DNA of 64,000 bases. Source: a virus. The notes under the pieces were generated by a model, which saw nothing but the letters and a program-made list of their open reading frames with translations, was not told where the DNA came from and made no database searches. The position numbers were made by a program, and so were the translations under genes. Shown piece after piece: positions 55,944-64,000 of the stretch; positions within the stretch are counted from its first letter, which is position 1, and each line of letters begins with the position of its first letter. The DNA is taken from IMG/VR virus record IMGVR_UViG_3300037264_001603, positions 1-64,000 of that record. One strand, written 5' to 3'.

Positions 55944-56213
55944 ATGTGGGATTTTTTTCTCGAACTTCTAAAGACACATGGGCTACTAGCGGTGATCGAG
56001 GTTGCGGAAGCCCTCGTAATAGTTTATCTTTTTAGAGAGTCGCAGAAGAAGGATAAAGAGGTCCGCACTCTCAACGATAAACTTCTGGCCCAGTCGGAGA
56101 AGCGTTTAGAAGATGCATTAGAAGAAAAGGAATCCTACGAGGAGCTTGCTCGTGGGTTGGATAGATCCATAGACTTGCTAATCAAGGTATTCAAGAAGCA
56201 AAACGGAGATTAG
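55944..56213 (+). CDS. single-TM coiled-coil protein (holin-like)
   Basis: AGGAGG SD; TM followed by coiled coil. Confidence 0.55.
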   Translation: MWDFFLELLKTHGLLAVIEVAEALVIVYLFRESQKKDKEVRTLNDKLLAQSEKRLEDALEEKESYEELARGLDRSIDLLIKVFKKQNGD

Positions 56214-56214
56214 T

Positions 56215-56439
56215 ATGGCCCAAACAGCTCTACAGGAGGTAGAAACTTCCATGAAGAAGATTCTAGACCAGCGTAATGCCGACGTCGAGAAGGTTAAGGC
56301 CGCTAAGAAAGTGCGCCGAAAGAATACCATCAAGAATTTGGATTCCTTATGCGAATTGATTCAGAACGGGGACCACAAACATGACTCAGAAGAGGCAAAA
56401 GCCGAGGCCCTCCCCGAGCCTCAACCCCTGGTAAGTTAG
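56215..56439 (+). CDS. hypothetical protein
   Basis: GGAG SD. Confidence 0.6.
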   Translation: MAQTALQEVETSMKKILDQRNADVEKVKAAKKVRRKNTIKNLDSLCELIQNGDHKHDSEEAKAEALPEPQPLVS

Positions 56440-56445
56440 GAGGAC

Positions 56446-57822
56446 ATGATGACAACAGAGAACAAGGTCAGAGTCTATGCTCCGATTCAAGTCCAGCAGG
56501 AAGTGGAGCTGGCAGCAGCGGAGAAAGCGGCAGTTCTAACTTTTCCAGACGAAAAACAGGGCGATCTTCAGTATATTCGCTCCATTCTAGTATCTGCCGG
56601 TACTAACAAGAACGGTGCCCATTTCTTGCCTTCCGAGATGATGCGGGCACACAATACCATCGTGCATAAGGCTATTGATATTGAGCACGAAGAGGATAAG
56701 GTTATTGGGCATATCTACGAATGTGCTTTCCTCTACAAGGATGGTTCCCAGTTTGATCCGACCAAGGTAATGGCGGAGTTCCAGGAAACCTCCAAGAATC
56801 CTGATGATCTTGATATGGACATTGCTGTAGCGGGTGTGATACACAAGATGCGGTTCCCACAGTTGGCCGAAGAGATTTTCAAGGGCGACTGGAAGGTCAG
56901 CATGGAATGCTACTTCAAGGATTTCGATATCAAGATTGGCAATCAGATCATTACTCGGTCCGAAGCGCAGGCTTTGGGCTATAACCCCGACGACCTCATC
57001 GGGGGCTTTGTAAAGGTAGTCGCTGGTACGAAGGCGCTAGGCAAGCACTTCGTTGCCCGAGTACTTCGAAACATTACCTTCAGTGGTATGGGTATCGTCA
57101 AGAACCCAGCCAACCCCCACTCCATCATTATGGAAACTGCTGCTCATCGTGAGCAACTGGAAAAGGGAGAGCAGGTAGTTGATTTGGAGCACATCGATAA
57201 CCTCCGAGGTCATAAAATCGAACTCTCTTCCGCAAAGGAAGATGAGCCAAAGGAGAAGGCTGCTGCCGTAAAGGTGGTCTCCGAAGATGGAACTATGCAA
57301 GCAGAAGAGCAAATCTACATCGAATTAGACAACGAAACCGGCGGCATCAAGCGCGTACTTACCGTTGGCGGTAAGGAAGACGCAGGTCTTCGCTGGTCTG
57401 GCCCTGGTACTGGTGGGCCTGGCAGCATTACCTCTTATCCTGATGAGCTTTGTAAGAGCTTCAAGAAGAGAGTAACCAAGTTCAATGCATTGGATCAGTC
57501 CGAGGCACAGGTAGTTCATGAGCACTGGTGTGCTCTGTTCGAAGAGTCCTGCCCGGTTATTGGTGCTACGGCCAAGGCCCCGGAATGTCTACGCAACGTT
57601 CGTAACCGAACTACGCGGGACGAGGCTGATAACACTCTGACCAAGACGGTACGGGACCATGTTTCCAAGGGACCGGCCAACACTTTCACTACGACCCTGC
57701 ACCAGCAATCTGCTTCTACCGGAGATCGCAAGGAGCAGGTGTCTCGTATCCGTACAGAAGCAGAAGCACTTAGAAATTCTCTTCGATCTTTTGTTGCGGC
57801 CGAAAAAAAAACTTTAGAATAA
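56446..57822 (+). CDS. prohead maturation protease; probable -1 frameshift extension to 58139
   Basis: NKNG..F, IDIEH...IGHI, VSMEC, FSGMGIVKNPA; located between portal and scaffold. Confidence 0.78.
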   Translation: MMTTENKVRVYAPIQVQQEVELAAAEKAAVLTFPDEKQGDLQYIRSILVSAGTNKNGAHFLPSEMMRAHNTIVHKAIDIEHEEDKVIGHIYECAFLYKDGSQFDPTKVMAEFQETSKNPDDLDMDIAVAGVIHKMRFPQLAEEIFKGDWKVSMECYFKDFDIKIGNQIITRSEAQALGYNPDDLIGGFVKVVAGTKALGKHFVARVLRNITFSGMGIVKNPANPHSIIMETAAHREQLEKGEQVVDLEHIDNLRGHKIELSSAKEDEPKEKAAAVKVVSEDGTMQAEEQIYIELDNETGGIKRVLTVGGKEDAGLRWSGPGTGGPGSITSYPDELCKSFKKRVTKFNALDQSEAQVVHEHWCALFEESCPVIGATAKAPECLRNVRNRTTRDEADNTLTKTVRDHVSKGPANTFTTTLHQQSASTGDRKEQVSRIRTEAEALRNSLRSFVAAEKKTLE

Positions 57823-57850
57823 TCAGTGAGCCAATTGAGGCTTCCTCAGT
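57804..57850 (+). promoter_or_regulatory. putative -1 frameshift signal
   Basis: GAA AAA AAA ACT; -1 frame open to 58139; short hairpins downstream. Confidence 0.55.
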
Positions 57851-58139
57851 CATAGCTTCGAACAAGGTAGTAAGATACAAGAGTAAGGCGGATGCATTCA
57901 AGACCGCTCACGCCTTAGAGCCCTCCGCAGAGAGGGAGAAGGTGGAAGGTTTCGTTCTTTTCGTTGGAGCCGGTCCAGACGTACTAGAGGCCGGTACCGA
58001 TCGCGAAGCTGCGATTGAGAGGGCCGTGGAAATTCTCAATGAGAATGACACGGTCGTTTTCCTATCGAAACTTCAATCCAAATTTGGCCAAGTATACGTA
58101 ACTAAAGATCAGCTGATGCTAGTAAGGAAATCAGAATAA
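57810..58139 (+). CDS. -1 frame extension of the protease (or a separate gene from GTG 57942)
   Basis: Open frame NFRIISEPIEASS...EREKVEGFVLFVG...RKSE. Confidence 0.55.
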   Translation, partial: NFRIISEPIEASSVIASNKVVRYKSKADAFKTAHALEPSAEREKVEGFVLFVGAGPDVLEAGTDREAAIERAVEILNENDTVVFLSKLQSKFGQVYVTKDQLMLVRKSE

Positions 58140-58152
58140 GGAGGAACGCAAA

Positions 58153-58365
58153 ATGGCAAAGCCGGATATTCAAGCGTCGTTCATCACTGCTTCTGGTACC
58201 CTATATCGTGATAAAGGTAAGCTTGGGCTCGAAGATAAAGGCCCGATTACCGGGAAAGCTCTCGGGGCTCTCAACTTTGCTAACGATGGCGCTGCCGCCC
58301 TCGGTGGCGTTCGCGTAGGCGAACTTTATCACAACGCAGGTGCAGTGAGAATCCGACTAGTCTAA
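58153..58365 (+). CDS. small virion protein
   Basis: AGGAGG SD; FANDGAAALGG...GELY motif. Confidence 0.65.
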   Translation: MAKPDIQASFITASGTLYRDKGKLGLEDKGPITGKALGALNFANDGAAALGGVRVGELYHNAGAVRIRLV

Positions 58366-58533
58366 CTAGTCTAGGTTTAACCGTATTAGTGTGTTGACTA
58401 CACTTTAGTCAAGGATTGCTTTTACAAGGGACACGGAGTAGATGAGAGGAAGTGTGACACAAAGAGCACACACGTTTGAAGCTCGTCGGGGGACGAGATA
58501 CAAACAGAATCCTGATAAGGAGGAAAAGCCGAT

Positions 58534-59418
58534 ATGACAGACCTAAACAAGGAAGAGTTCAACGCAGCTGTCCAGGCTGAAGTCGAGAGAATTCTTTCCT
58601 CCAAAGAGGAAGCTCAGGCTCGTGCTGAGGCTGAGACTGCCCTAAAAGAGGCTAAGGAAACCTTCGAGACCTTGAAGGCATCGCTAGAGGCAAAAGATGC
58701 CAAGATCAAGGAATACGAAGAGGCCCTTGCTGTTCTCGACAATTCAGAGCCGACTGATGCTGAAGTCGCAACCAATGAGAAGATCGTGGCCCTTGAGGCA
58801 GAGCTTGCTGATTGGAAGCACAAGGCAGAAGTAACACAGGCTGCCCTTGATACACTCGCTCGTGAGGAGACTGCGGCCGGACGTATGTCCGCACTGGAAG
58901 AAGACGGCGTCGCCCTTGATGACGAAGCCGCCGAAGTACAGTACGCCAAGATCCGAGACATGTCGGATGAGGCATTCGCATCTTACAAGAGTGAGCTTGT
59001 TGCTCTAAAGACTAAGTACGCCTCCTCTTCAGAAGAAGAAGGAGAAGAGGAAATCGAGGTTAACAAACTGTCCGCACAGGAAGTTAGCTCAATTGCTCAA
59101 AGCCTAGGGTGTGACCCGGCTGACTCCAAATGCATTTCCCTCGTCAACGAAGTGGCACAAAAGGTCGCTGAAGTTTCTAAGAATCGACGCACCCCTGCCG
59201 CTGTAGAAGAGACCCCGGTTGTTACCGAGGAAGCTTCGCAGGAGACGGTGGAAGAGCCAAAGAAGGAGACCGCTTCTACCAAGAAGATGTCTCTGGGAGA
59301 GGCAATTACTCGATCTATGAATCAAGAGATTCGCGCAAGCGCATCTCTGAAGGAAGAAATGTCCCAAGCATGGGAGGAGTACATCGCTGAAAAGCGAGGT
59401 AAGAAAAAGTCAAACTAA
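58534..59418 (+). CDS. capsid scaffolding protein
   Basis: E/A/K-rich coiled coil between protease and MCP. Confidence 0.8.
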   Translation: MTDLNKEEFNAAVQAEVERILSSKEEAQARAEAETALKEAKETFETLKASLEAKDAKIKEYEEALAVLDNSEPTDAEVATNEKIVALEAELADWKHKAEVTQAALDTLAREETAAGRMSALEEDGVALDDEAAEVQYAKIRDMSDEAFASYKSELVALKTKYASSSEEEGEEEIEVNKLSAQEVSSIAQSLGCDPADSKCISLVNEVAQKVAEVSKNRRTPAAVEETPVVTEEASQETVEEPKKETASTKKMSLGEAITRSMNQEIRASASLKEEMSQAWEEYIAEKRGKKKSN

Positions 59419-59432
59419 GGAGGTACTAACAC

Positions 59433-59903
59433 ATGGTGTTCATCCCACGAGACCCTGTTGTTCAGAACCAATTCCTTGTTCATGATACGAGCAAGGGTGA
59501 CGGTACTGAATCCGCAGGTTGTGTGGTTTATCTTTCGGGAGATCAGCTTGTAGCGTGTGTAAGTGGTTCTGGCAATGCCCCGTACGGGTTTCTTATGCAG
59601 AACGTCAAGGCCGAGTCCTCCGCACATCCGACAGGTTTCCGACTCCCAGGCGATCTGGGCAGCTCTGATGCCTTTAGTGGCGATCCTGTTGCGGTTGCTC
59701 ACCTTGGTGTTTATGACACCACTTTCTATGTTTCCGCGGCTTATACAGCTGGCACGAATTTGACCGTTGGACCTAATGGTAAAGTATGCCCCACGGGCAA
59801 CGGAGCCCAGGTCAATTCGACGGTAGTAGGCGTTGCGCAAAATTCCCTGACTGCTGCTCAAGCAGCTGCAGGCGAAAAACTGCGAGTCAAACTCTCAGTC
59901 TAA
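59433..59903 (+). CDS. head decoration/cement protein
   Basis: Small beta protein directly before MCP. Confidence 0.72.
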   Translation: MVFIPRDPVVQNQFLVHDTSKGDGTESAGCVVYLSGDQLVACVSGSGNAPYGFLMQNVKAESSAHPTGFRLPGDLGSSDAFSGDPVAVAHLGVYDTTFYVSAAYTAGTNLTVGPNGKVCPTGNGAQVNSTVVGVAQNSLTAAQAAAGEKLRVKLSV

Positions 59904-59922
59904 CCCAAAGGAGGAAATTGTC

Positions 59923-60990
59923 ATGGACAAGCAAAAGCTTGCTGAACTTTTTAAGGCAACTGCTGCATTTGACACTCCTGAGGGTGTCGAAGCATACAAG
60001 GCCTTCGCACAGGCACTAACCGTGCCCATTCTCCAGGAAATTCGAGACGCATCCATTATGCGACAGCTCTTCGCTGTTGAGCGACTCGCTCCTGGTGCTC
60101 AGGCCGTCTATCCAGTTGCTGACGACTTCGAGGTACCGGTGTTCGTTCTACCTGGCCTCGGATACATCGCACAGAACTTCGTCGAAGGTGTTGGTGAGGA
60201 AGTATACGTTCCTACCTTCTCCATCTCTGCATCCGCAGACTGGAAGGTAACCTACGCCCGAGATTCCCGCATTGACATTCCGGAGAGAGCAGCCCGCAAT
60301 ACTGCTCGTGCAATTGCAGACTTCGAGGAAGAGTCCGGTTGGCGCGTAATCGTGCCCGGCGGTACTACTAACTTCTCGGGTCAGGGTCTTCTCGGCCCAC
60401 GCAATGCTCCGATTTATCAGGTTCCTGCCGGTGCAACCGGTGAGAAGTTCCTTTCCAAGGAATTGATCAACCTGATGATGGTCGGTATGAAGCGAGTTCG
60501 CCGATCCCTAACTGATCTCTACATCTCCCCTGAGGACGCCGCTGACATTCGTGAGTGGACTGATACCCAGGTCGATCCTATCACCCGCCGAGAGATTTTC
60601 CAGGCTGCTGGTATGGGTACGGTTTGGAACGTCAATCTCCACGAGGTCTTCCAACTCGGTGCCACTGGTCGATTCAACATCAATCAGAACGGTGCTTCGT
60701 TTGGTATCTTCCAGGTTGATGGCGCTGGCGATTTCAACGACTATTCCCCAACCAACATTAACACTGTTGACGCGAATGGTAACGTTACCACCGCTGGTGA
60801 GACTCAGGTTTGGGGTTTCGATCTCTCTGTTAATGACTCTCTCGTCATGCCTATTCGCAAGGAGTACGAGGCCCACGACGATCCGACTCTTCTACGACAG
60901 CAGAAGCAAGGTTTCTTCGGCTGGGAGGAAGTTGGTTTCGCTCTACTCGATTCTCGAATGGTATCTCTTGGTGTCATCGACCGATCGTAA
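59923..60990 (+). CDS. major capsid protein (HK97 fold)
   Basis: 355 aa; position, strong SD, GFFGWEEVGFALLD C-terminal motif; followed by terminator. Confidence 0.87.
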   Translation: MDKQKLAELFKATAAFDTPEGVEAYKAFAQALTVPILQEIRDASIMRQLFAVERLAPGAQAVYPVADDFEVPVFVLPGLGYIAQNFVEGVGEEVYVPTFSISASADWKVTYARDSRIDIPERAARNTARAIADFEEESGWRVIVPGGTTNFSGQGLLGPRNAPIYQVPAGATGEKFLSKELINLMMVGMKRVRRSLTDLYISPEDAADIREWTDTQVDPITRREIFQAAGMGTVWNVNLHEVFQLGATGRFNINQNGASFGIFQVDGAGDFNDYSPTNINTVDANGNVTTAGETQVWGFDLSVNDSLVMPIRKEYEAHDDPTLLRQQKQGFFGWEEVGFALLDSRMVSLGVIDRS

Positions 60991-61064
60991 TCTCATTTCA
61001 TCCTTTAGGGAGGGGGTGGAAACGCCCCCTCCCTCTGGGAGCAAGTATATGGGGTCGCTACTTT

Positions 61065-61101
61065 ACCGATAGGGATTCGGCATGACCCCTATCGGTTTTT
61101 T
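61065..61101 (+). terminator. intrinsic terminator after MCP
   Basis: ACCGATAGGG/CCCTATCGGT stem plus T run; extra GAAA-loop hairpin at 61007-61034. Confidence 0.8.
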
Positions 61102-61194
61102 GTATGGGGAACAATCAGCCAGGCCCTGGTTTGTCCTAGGTAAAACGAGGTCTCCCCGCCCCGTTACCAGGGTCTGGCATAAGGAGAAAAGGTA

Positions 61195-61476
61195 ATGCCT
61201 GATGCAAATCTATACGAGAGTGTGAGTAGGTATGCTCATCTTACCGGCGCAGCCACTGCTATTAGCAGAAGCGGGCCGGCTAAACTTCACAGGATTACCG
61301 TTAATGATGCGGGGGCTACAACCCTCACCGTTTACGATGCCAGCACGGCAGTTGCGCCGGTGATCGCTGTCATTGATTGTAGCGTAGCTGGAACGTATGA
61401 GTTCGGGTTAACTCTTACAGGCGGACTTACCGTAGTTCTTGCTGGTGCTGCTGACGTTACTGTAGTCTATCAGTAA
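61195..61476 (+). CDS. small beta-sandwich virion protein
   Basis: AAGGAG SD; LTVYD...GLTV...DVTVVY. Confidence 0.65.
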   Translation: MPDANLYESVSRYAHLTGAATAISRSGPAKLHRITVNDAGATTLTVYDASTAVAPVIAVIDCSVAGTYEFGLTLTGGLTVVLAGAADVTVVYQ

Positions 61477-61486
61477 AGGAGATTTC

Positions 61487-61834
61487 ATGTTGCTTTTCTT
61501 GCTTATTCAGATCTTTTTCTGTGTGGTGCTGACCGAACTACTTACGGAGTTAGCAATCAAGTCACAGATTTTCAAGCCCGTACGTGAGCAGCTTTTCCGA
61601 TTGGGAAAATGGTTCCATGAACTATTCACCTGCGGGTACTGCTTTTCTGTATGGGCGGCTTTCGGGGTTGTCTTTTTGACCGAAACAAGTTATCCTTTAA
61701 GTGGGAACAAATTTCTGGACCTGGGCCTGATGGCCCTAGTGATCCATCGTCTGTCCAACATCCTACATAATGTGATCGACAAGTGGACAGATAAGTATTA
61801 CGACACTCGGTATGTAAATACCGACAAGGAGTAG
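61487..61834 (+). CDS. DUF1360-like membrane protein
   Basis: IFKPVR...LFTCGYCFSVW. Confidence 0.65.
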   Translation: MLLFLLIQIFFCVVLTELLTELAIKSQIFKPVREQLFRLGKWFHELFTCGYCFSVWAAFGVVFLTETSYPLSGNKFLDLGLMALVIHRLSNILHNVIDKWTDKYYDTRYVNTDKE

Positions 61835-61847
61835 GAGGGGAGACTTT

Positions 61848-62372
61848 ATGAAGGGATATGTACAGAATACAGGCAATGCTGCTTTCTTTGTGCTTCAGCG
61901 ACAAGTTCCGCCCAACGGAAAGGTAAAGCTGGAAGACGCATTCAAAGTGGTAGGTAAGAAGAGTGGATTGAGTGAGGATCAGGAAGCTGAGTTCGTGCAA
62001 TTCTTGCGGGAGAAGGTTCTTCTTCGTGGAACTTGGGGCTATTTTGACGCCAGTGGGTCTTCTTTAGACGCACCTGTCGACAAGGCACCTAAGGCCAAGA
62101 AGGTTGTCAACGAAAAGGTCTCCACCAAGAAGCAGGATGACGCCAAGGGTGCGGGTAGAAATCTTCGCCGCTCCGATGTAGACGATATTGGTAGGGGAGT
62201 AGAAATCACCCCCGCGTCCATTATCGAAGCACCCTACGATGCTGCTCGAACTATGATTGAAAAGACCAAGGATCGCACGGTGCTGAAGAAAGCTTTGACT
62301 CTTACTAAACACTTTTCTGGCAAAGAACAGCATATGCGGCATCTTCTCAAGAAGCTCGAACAAACCGCGTAA
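61848..62372 (+). CDS. hypothetical head-associated protein
   Basis: Follows the MCP block. Confidence 0.65.
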   Translation: MKGYVQNTGNAAFFVLQRQVPPNGKVKLEDAFKVVGKKSGLSEDQEAEFVQFLREKVLLRGTWGYFDASGSSLDAPVDKAPKAKKVVNEKVSTKKQDDAKGAGRNLRRSDVDDIGRGVEITPASIIEAPYDAARTMIEKTKDRTVLKKALTLTKHFSGKEQHMRHLLKKLEQTA

Positions 62373-62387
62373 AGGGGGACAACGTAG

Positions 62388-63353
62388 ATGACATCGGTTC
62401 TCAAACCAGAGATTACCTCGATCATCAACGGCCTCATTACCATCACAGTCAGAAGTTCCAGTGAGGTAGGGGCTGTTTTCAATCAGTTACTGGTTATGCG
62501 GGCCGATGGGGCTAGTGGTCCCTACTCTACAATTACGACCATCGCCCTCACGGGTGCCGGCGCATATACTTATCTAGACACCGGAACCAACCCTGGGAAG
62601 TACTACAAGGCCCAGTTTTTTCACAGCGTAAGTCTAGTCAGCAGCGTCTTTTCCGAGGTAGGTCAGGAAACCGGTATCTTTTCGGAGTATACGGTTCCCA
62701 CCAGTACTGCTACATACCCACCTGAGATTGCCCTTTCTGAGCAAGACCGGGAGATTGTAGAGTCTATTCGAGTAACTATTGGAGACTTTGGAGTAATCGA
62801 GAGAGACTACTATTCCTCCACTGATCCTCAGTCCCAGCATTCTTGTGGTAGCCAGATCTCGGCGGACAAGAAGACTTGGGAGCTATTTGAGTGGAAGGGT
62901 TGGCCTCAACGAGTTCTCCTCAATGGACTTGAGAAGACCAGCATTAGTGATCCTCAGATTTTGGGGTATCGCTTTTTGACCTTCACTGGTATCAGTGCTT
63001 GTATCACTGGTACACTAGACATCTTCTACCAGCATTTCCGCTTCTCGGATCGAGAGATTCTTTTGGCCTACGATCGTGCTAAAAACCTACTGGTTTCTTG
63101 TGGCTTGTCTGCCAGCCAGATTACAACCGAGATGCTGATTATGCAGGCTGCCATTCTTCTTTTGGAAGGAGAACTGCGTCAGTCACAAGAAAAGGCTGTT
63201 TCCATTAGAGACGGAGACACCTCATACGACAATACTCAGAACATTCGTTCACGAAGCGAGGACCTGTCAGATCTTAGACAAAAGCTACGAGACCTGCTGG
63301 AGTGTGCCCGGCATATTGCATCTTACGCTCTGGAAGGGATTAGGTTAGACTAA
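62388..63353 (+). CDS. head-tail adaptor/neck protein
   Basis: IRVTIGD, FSDREI, SIRDGDTSYD pattern. Confidence 0.65.
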   Translation: MTSVLKPEITSIINGLITITVRSSSEVGAVFNQLLVMRADGASGPYSTITTIALTGAGAYTYLDTGTNPGKYYKAQFFHSVSLVSSVFSEVGQETGIFSEYTVPTSTATYPPEIALSEQDREIVESIRVTIGDFGVIERDYYSSTDPQSQHSCGSQISADKKTWELFEWKGWPQRVLLNGLEKTSISDPQILGYRFLTFTGISACITGTLDIFYQHFRFSDREILLAYDRAKNLLVSCGLSASQITTEMLIMQAAILLLEGELRQSQEKAVSIRDGDTSYDNTQNIRSRSEDLSDLRQKLRDLLECARHIASYALEGIRLD

Positions 63354-64000
63354 TGCCCCGTAAACTGGTGCCTAACTCTATCAAGAAAGAATACAAGAGT
63401 CTCATGCATCAACTGGTGTTAGACTTGTCTCAACCTCTTTGTGTGATCCAAGAGAGCCCCATGTTCGTGGATTGCCCGAACTGTATTTGGGATTCTATCA
63501 ACAAGAAGTCCTCCAATGTCTTCGATGCGTCTTTCGTGGCATTCTCCAACATCTTTGTAGGCACAGATCAGGCCCGCACCCTCACCCCTATTCCTTTTAC
63601 CGAAGGACGTTGCCCTGTATGTATCGGGGAAGGGCAGCTATTCACAGCAAAAGAAGTTTGCATCCCTGCCATGGTAAACTTCGTTAGCCGGGACGACAGG
63701 GGTGGTCGGTTTCTGGATCTTCCTGCCGGAAAAGAAGGTATCAATTTCGTGGTCGTAAAGACCCTGGCCTGTAACTACGAGTTGATTGTAAACAATGAGG
63801 TCTTTCTGCTGCACAACGGTATGAAGTGCGAGAAATTCACTCCCCCGTTTGTTCGAGGGCTGGGTGGGGAAGAGGCAGTATGTGAGGTAGTTCTCCAGAC
63901 CGTAGAGGCCGGTCAGCGCTCTACCGCTAAGTTTGGTAGCAATGATAAGCTCCGCCGAGAGGCCGATGCTCGTCGCAAGATAAAGGGTCCTACGGATTCT
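63353..64000 (+). CDS. head-closure/neck protein with zinc finger (partial, runs off the window)
   Basis: Coupled ATG (TAATG); CPNC...CPVCxGxG; no stop before the window end. Confidence 0.65.
   Translation, partial: MPRKLVPNSIKKEYKSLMHQLVLDLSQPLCVIQESPMFVDCPNCIWDSINKKSSNVFDASFVAFSNIFVGTDQARTLTPIPFTEGRCPVCIGEGQLFTAKEVCIPAMVNFVSRDDRGGRFLDLPAGKEGINFVVVKTLACNYELIVNNEVFLLHNGMKCEKFTPPFVRGLGGEEAVCEVVLQTVEAGQRSTAKFGSNDKLRREADARRKIKGPTDS

Noticed and set aside
1-64000. Minus-strand ORFs in the track (e.g. 44021..44797, 42430..43176, 45537..46211, 32732..33352)
   Set aside because: They shadow well-supported + strand genes and show no recognisable motifs.
1-64000. tRNA, rRNA, CRISPR arrays, introns/inteins, stop-codon reassignment
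   Set aside because: No cloverleaf or repeat-spacer pattern in the intergenic gaps; conserved enzymes are full-length and TAA, TAG and TGA all act as stops.

Overview
The window is a gene-dense 64 kb segment of a large (jumbo-type) tailed dsDNA phage. Essentially all credible genes are on the + strand in the standard code, many are translationally coupled, and several have sigma70-like promoters. 0-15 kb: small early-type genes plus host-like enzymes (UDG-4, Ndk, peptide deformylase, DeoC, DnaX/HolA clamp loader, deoxynucleotidase, nucleoside deoxyribosyltransferase-like). 15-37 kb: an actin-family ATPase, LamG and fiber-like Ser-Gly-rich virion proteins, M16 peptidase, IMPDH/GMPR, lytic transglycosylase, Met aminopeptidase, cold-shock protein, dUTPase plus a pseudo-dUTPase, and patatin. 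37-47 kb: HNH, FAD oxidoreductase, MazG, GNAT, ThyA, DHFR, dNMP kinase. 47-64 kb: a NusG paralogue heading the packaging/head module (terminase, portal, Cys-repeat head protein, protease, scaffold, decoration protein, MCP, neck). Most notable signals: (1) two apparent programmed -1 frameshifts at A-AAA-AAA heptamers extending the Cys-repeat head protein and the prohead protease; (2) a multi-stem, pseudoknotted, SD-sequestering RNA leader at 25371-25499, plus other structured leaders; (3) stand-alone, degenerate copies of host domains (two LeuRS C-terminal domains, YggL-like, NifU-C-like, Leu-dehydrogenase Rossmann fragment, pseudo-dUTPase); (4) pervasive x-S-G-(T/S) motifs in surface proteins. 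All family calls come from reading motifs by eye; no database search was run.
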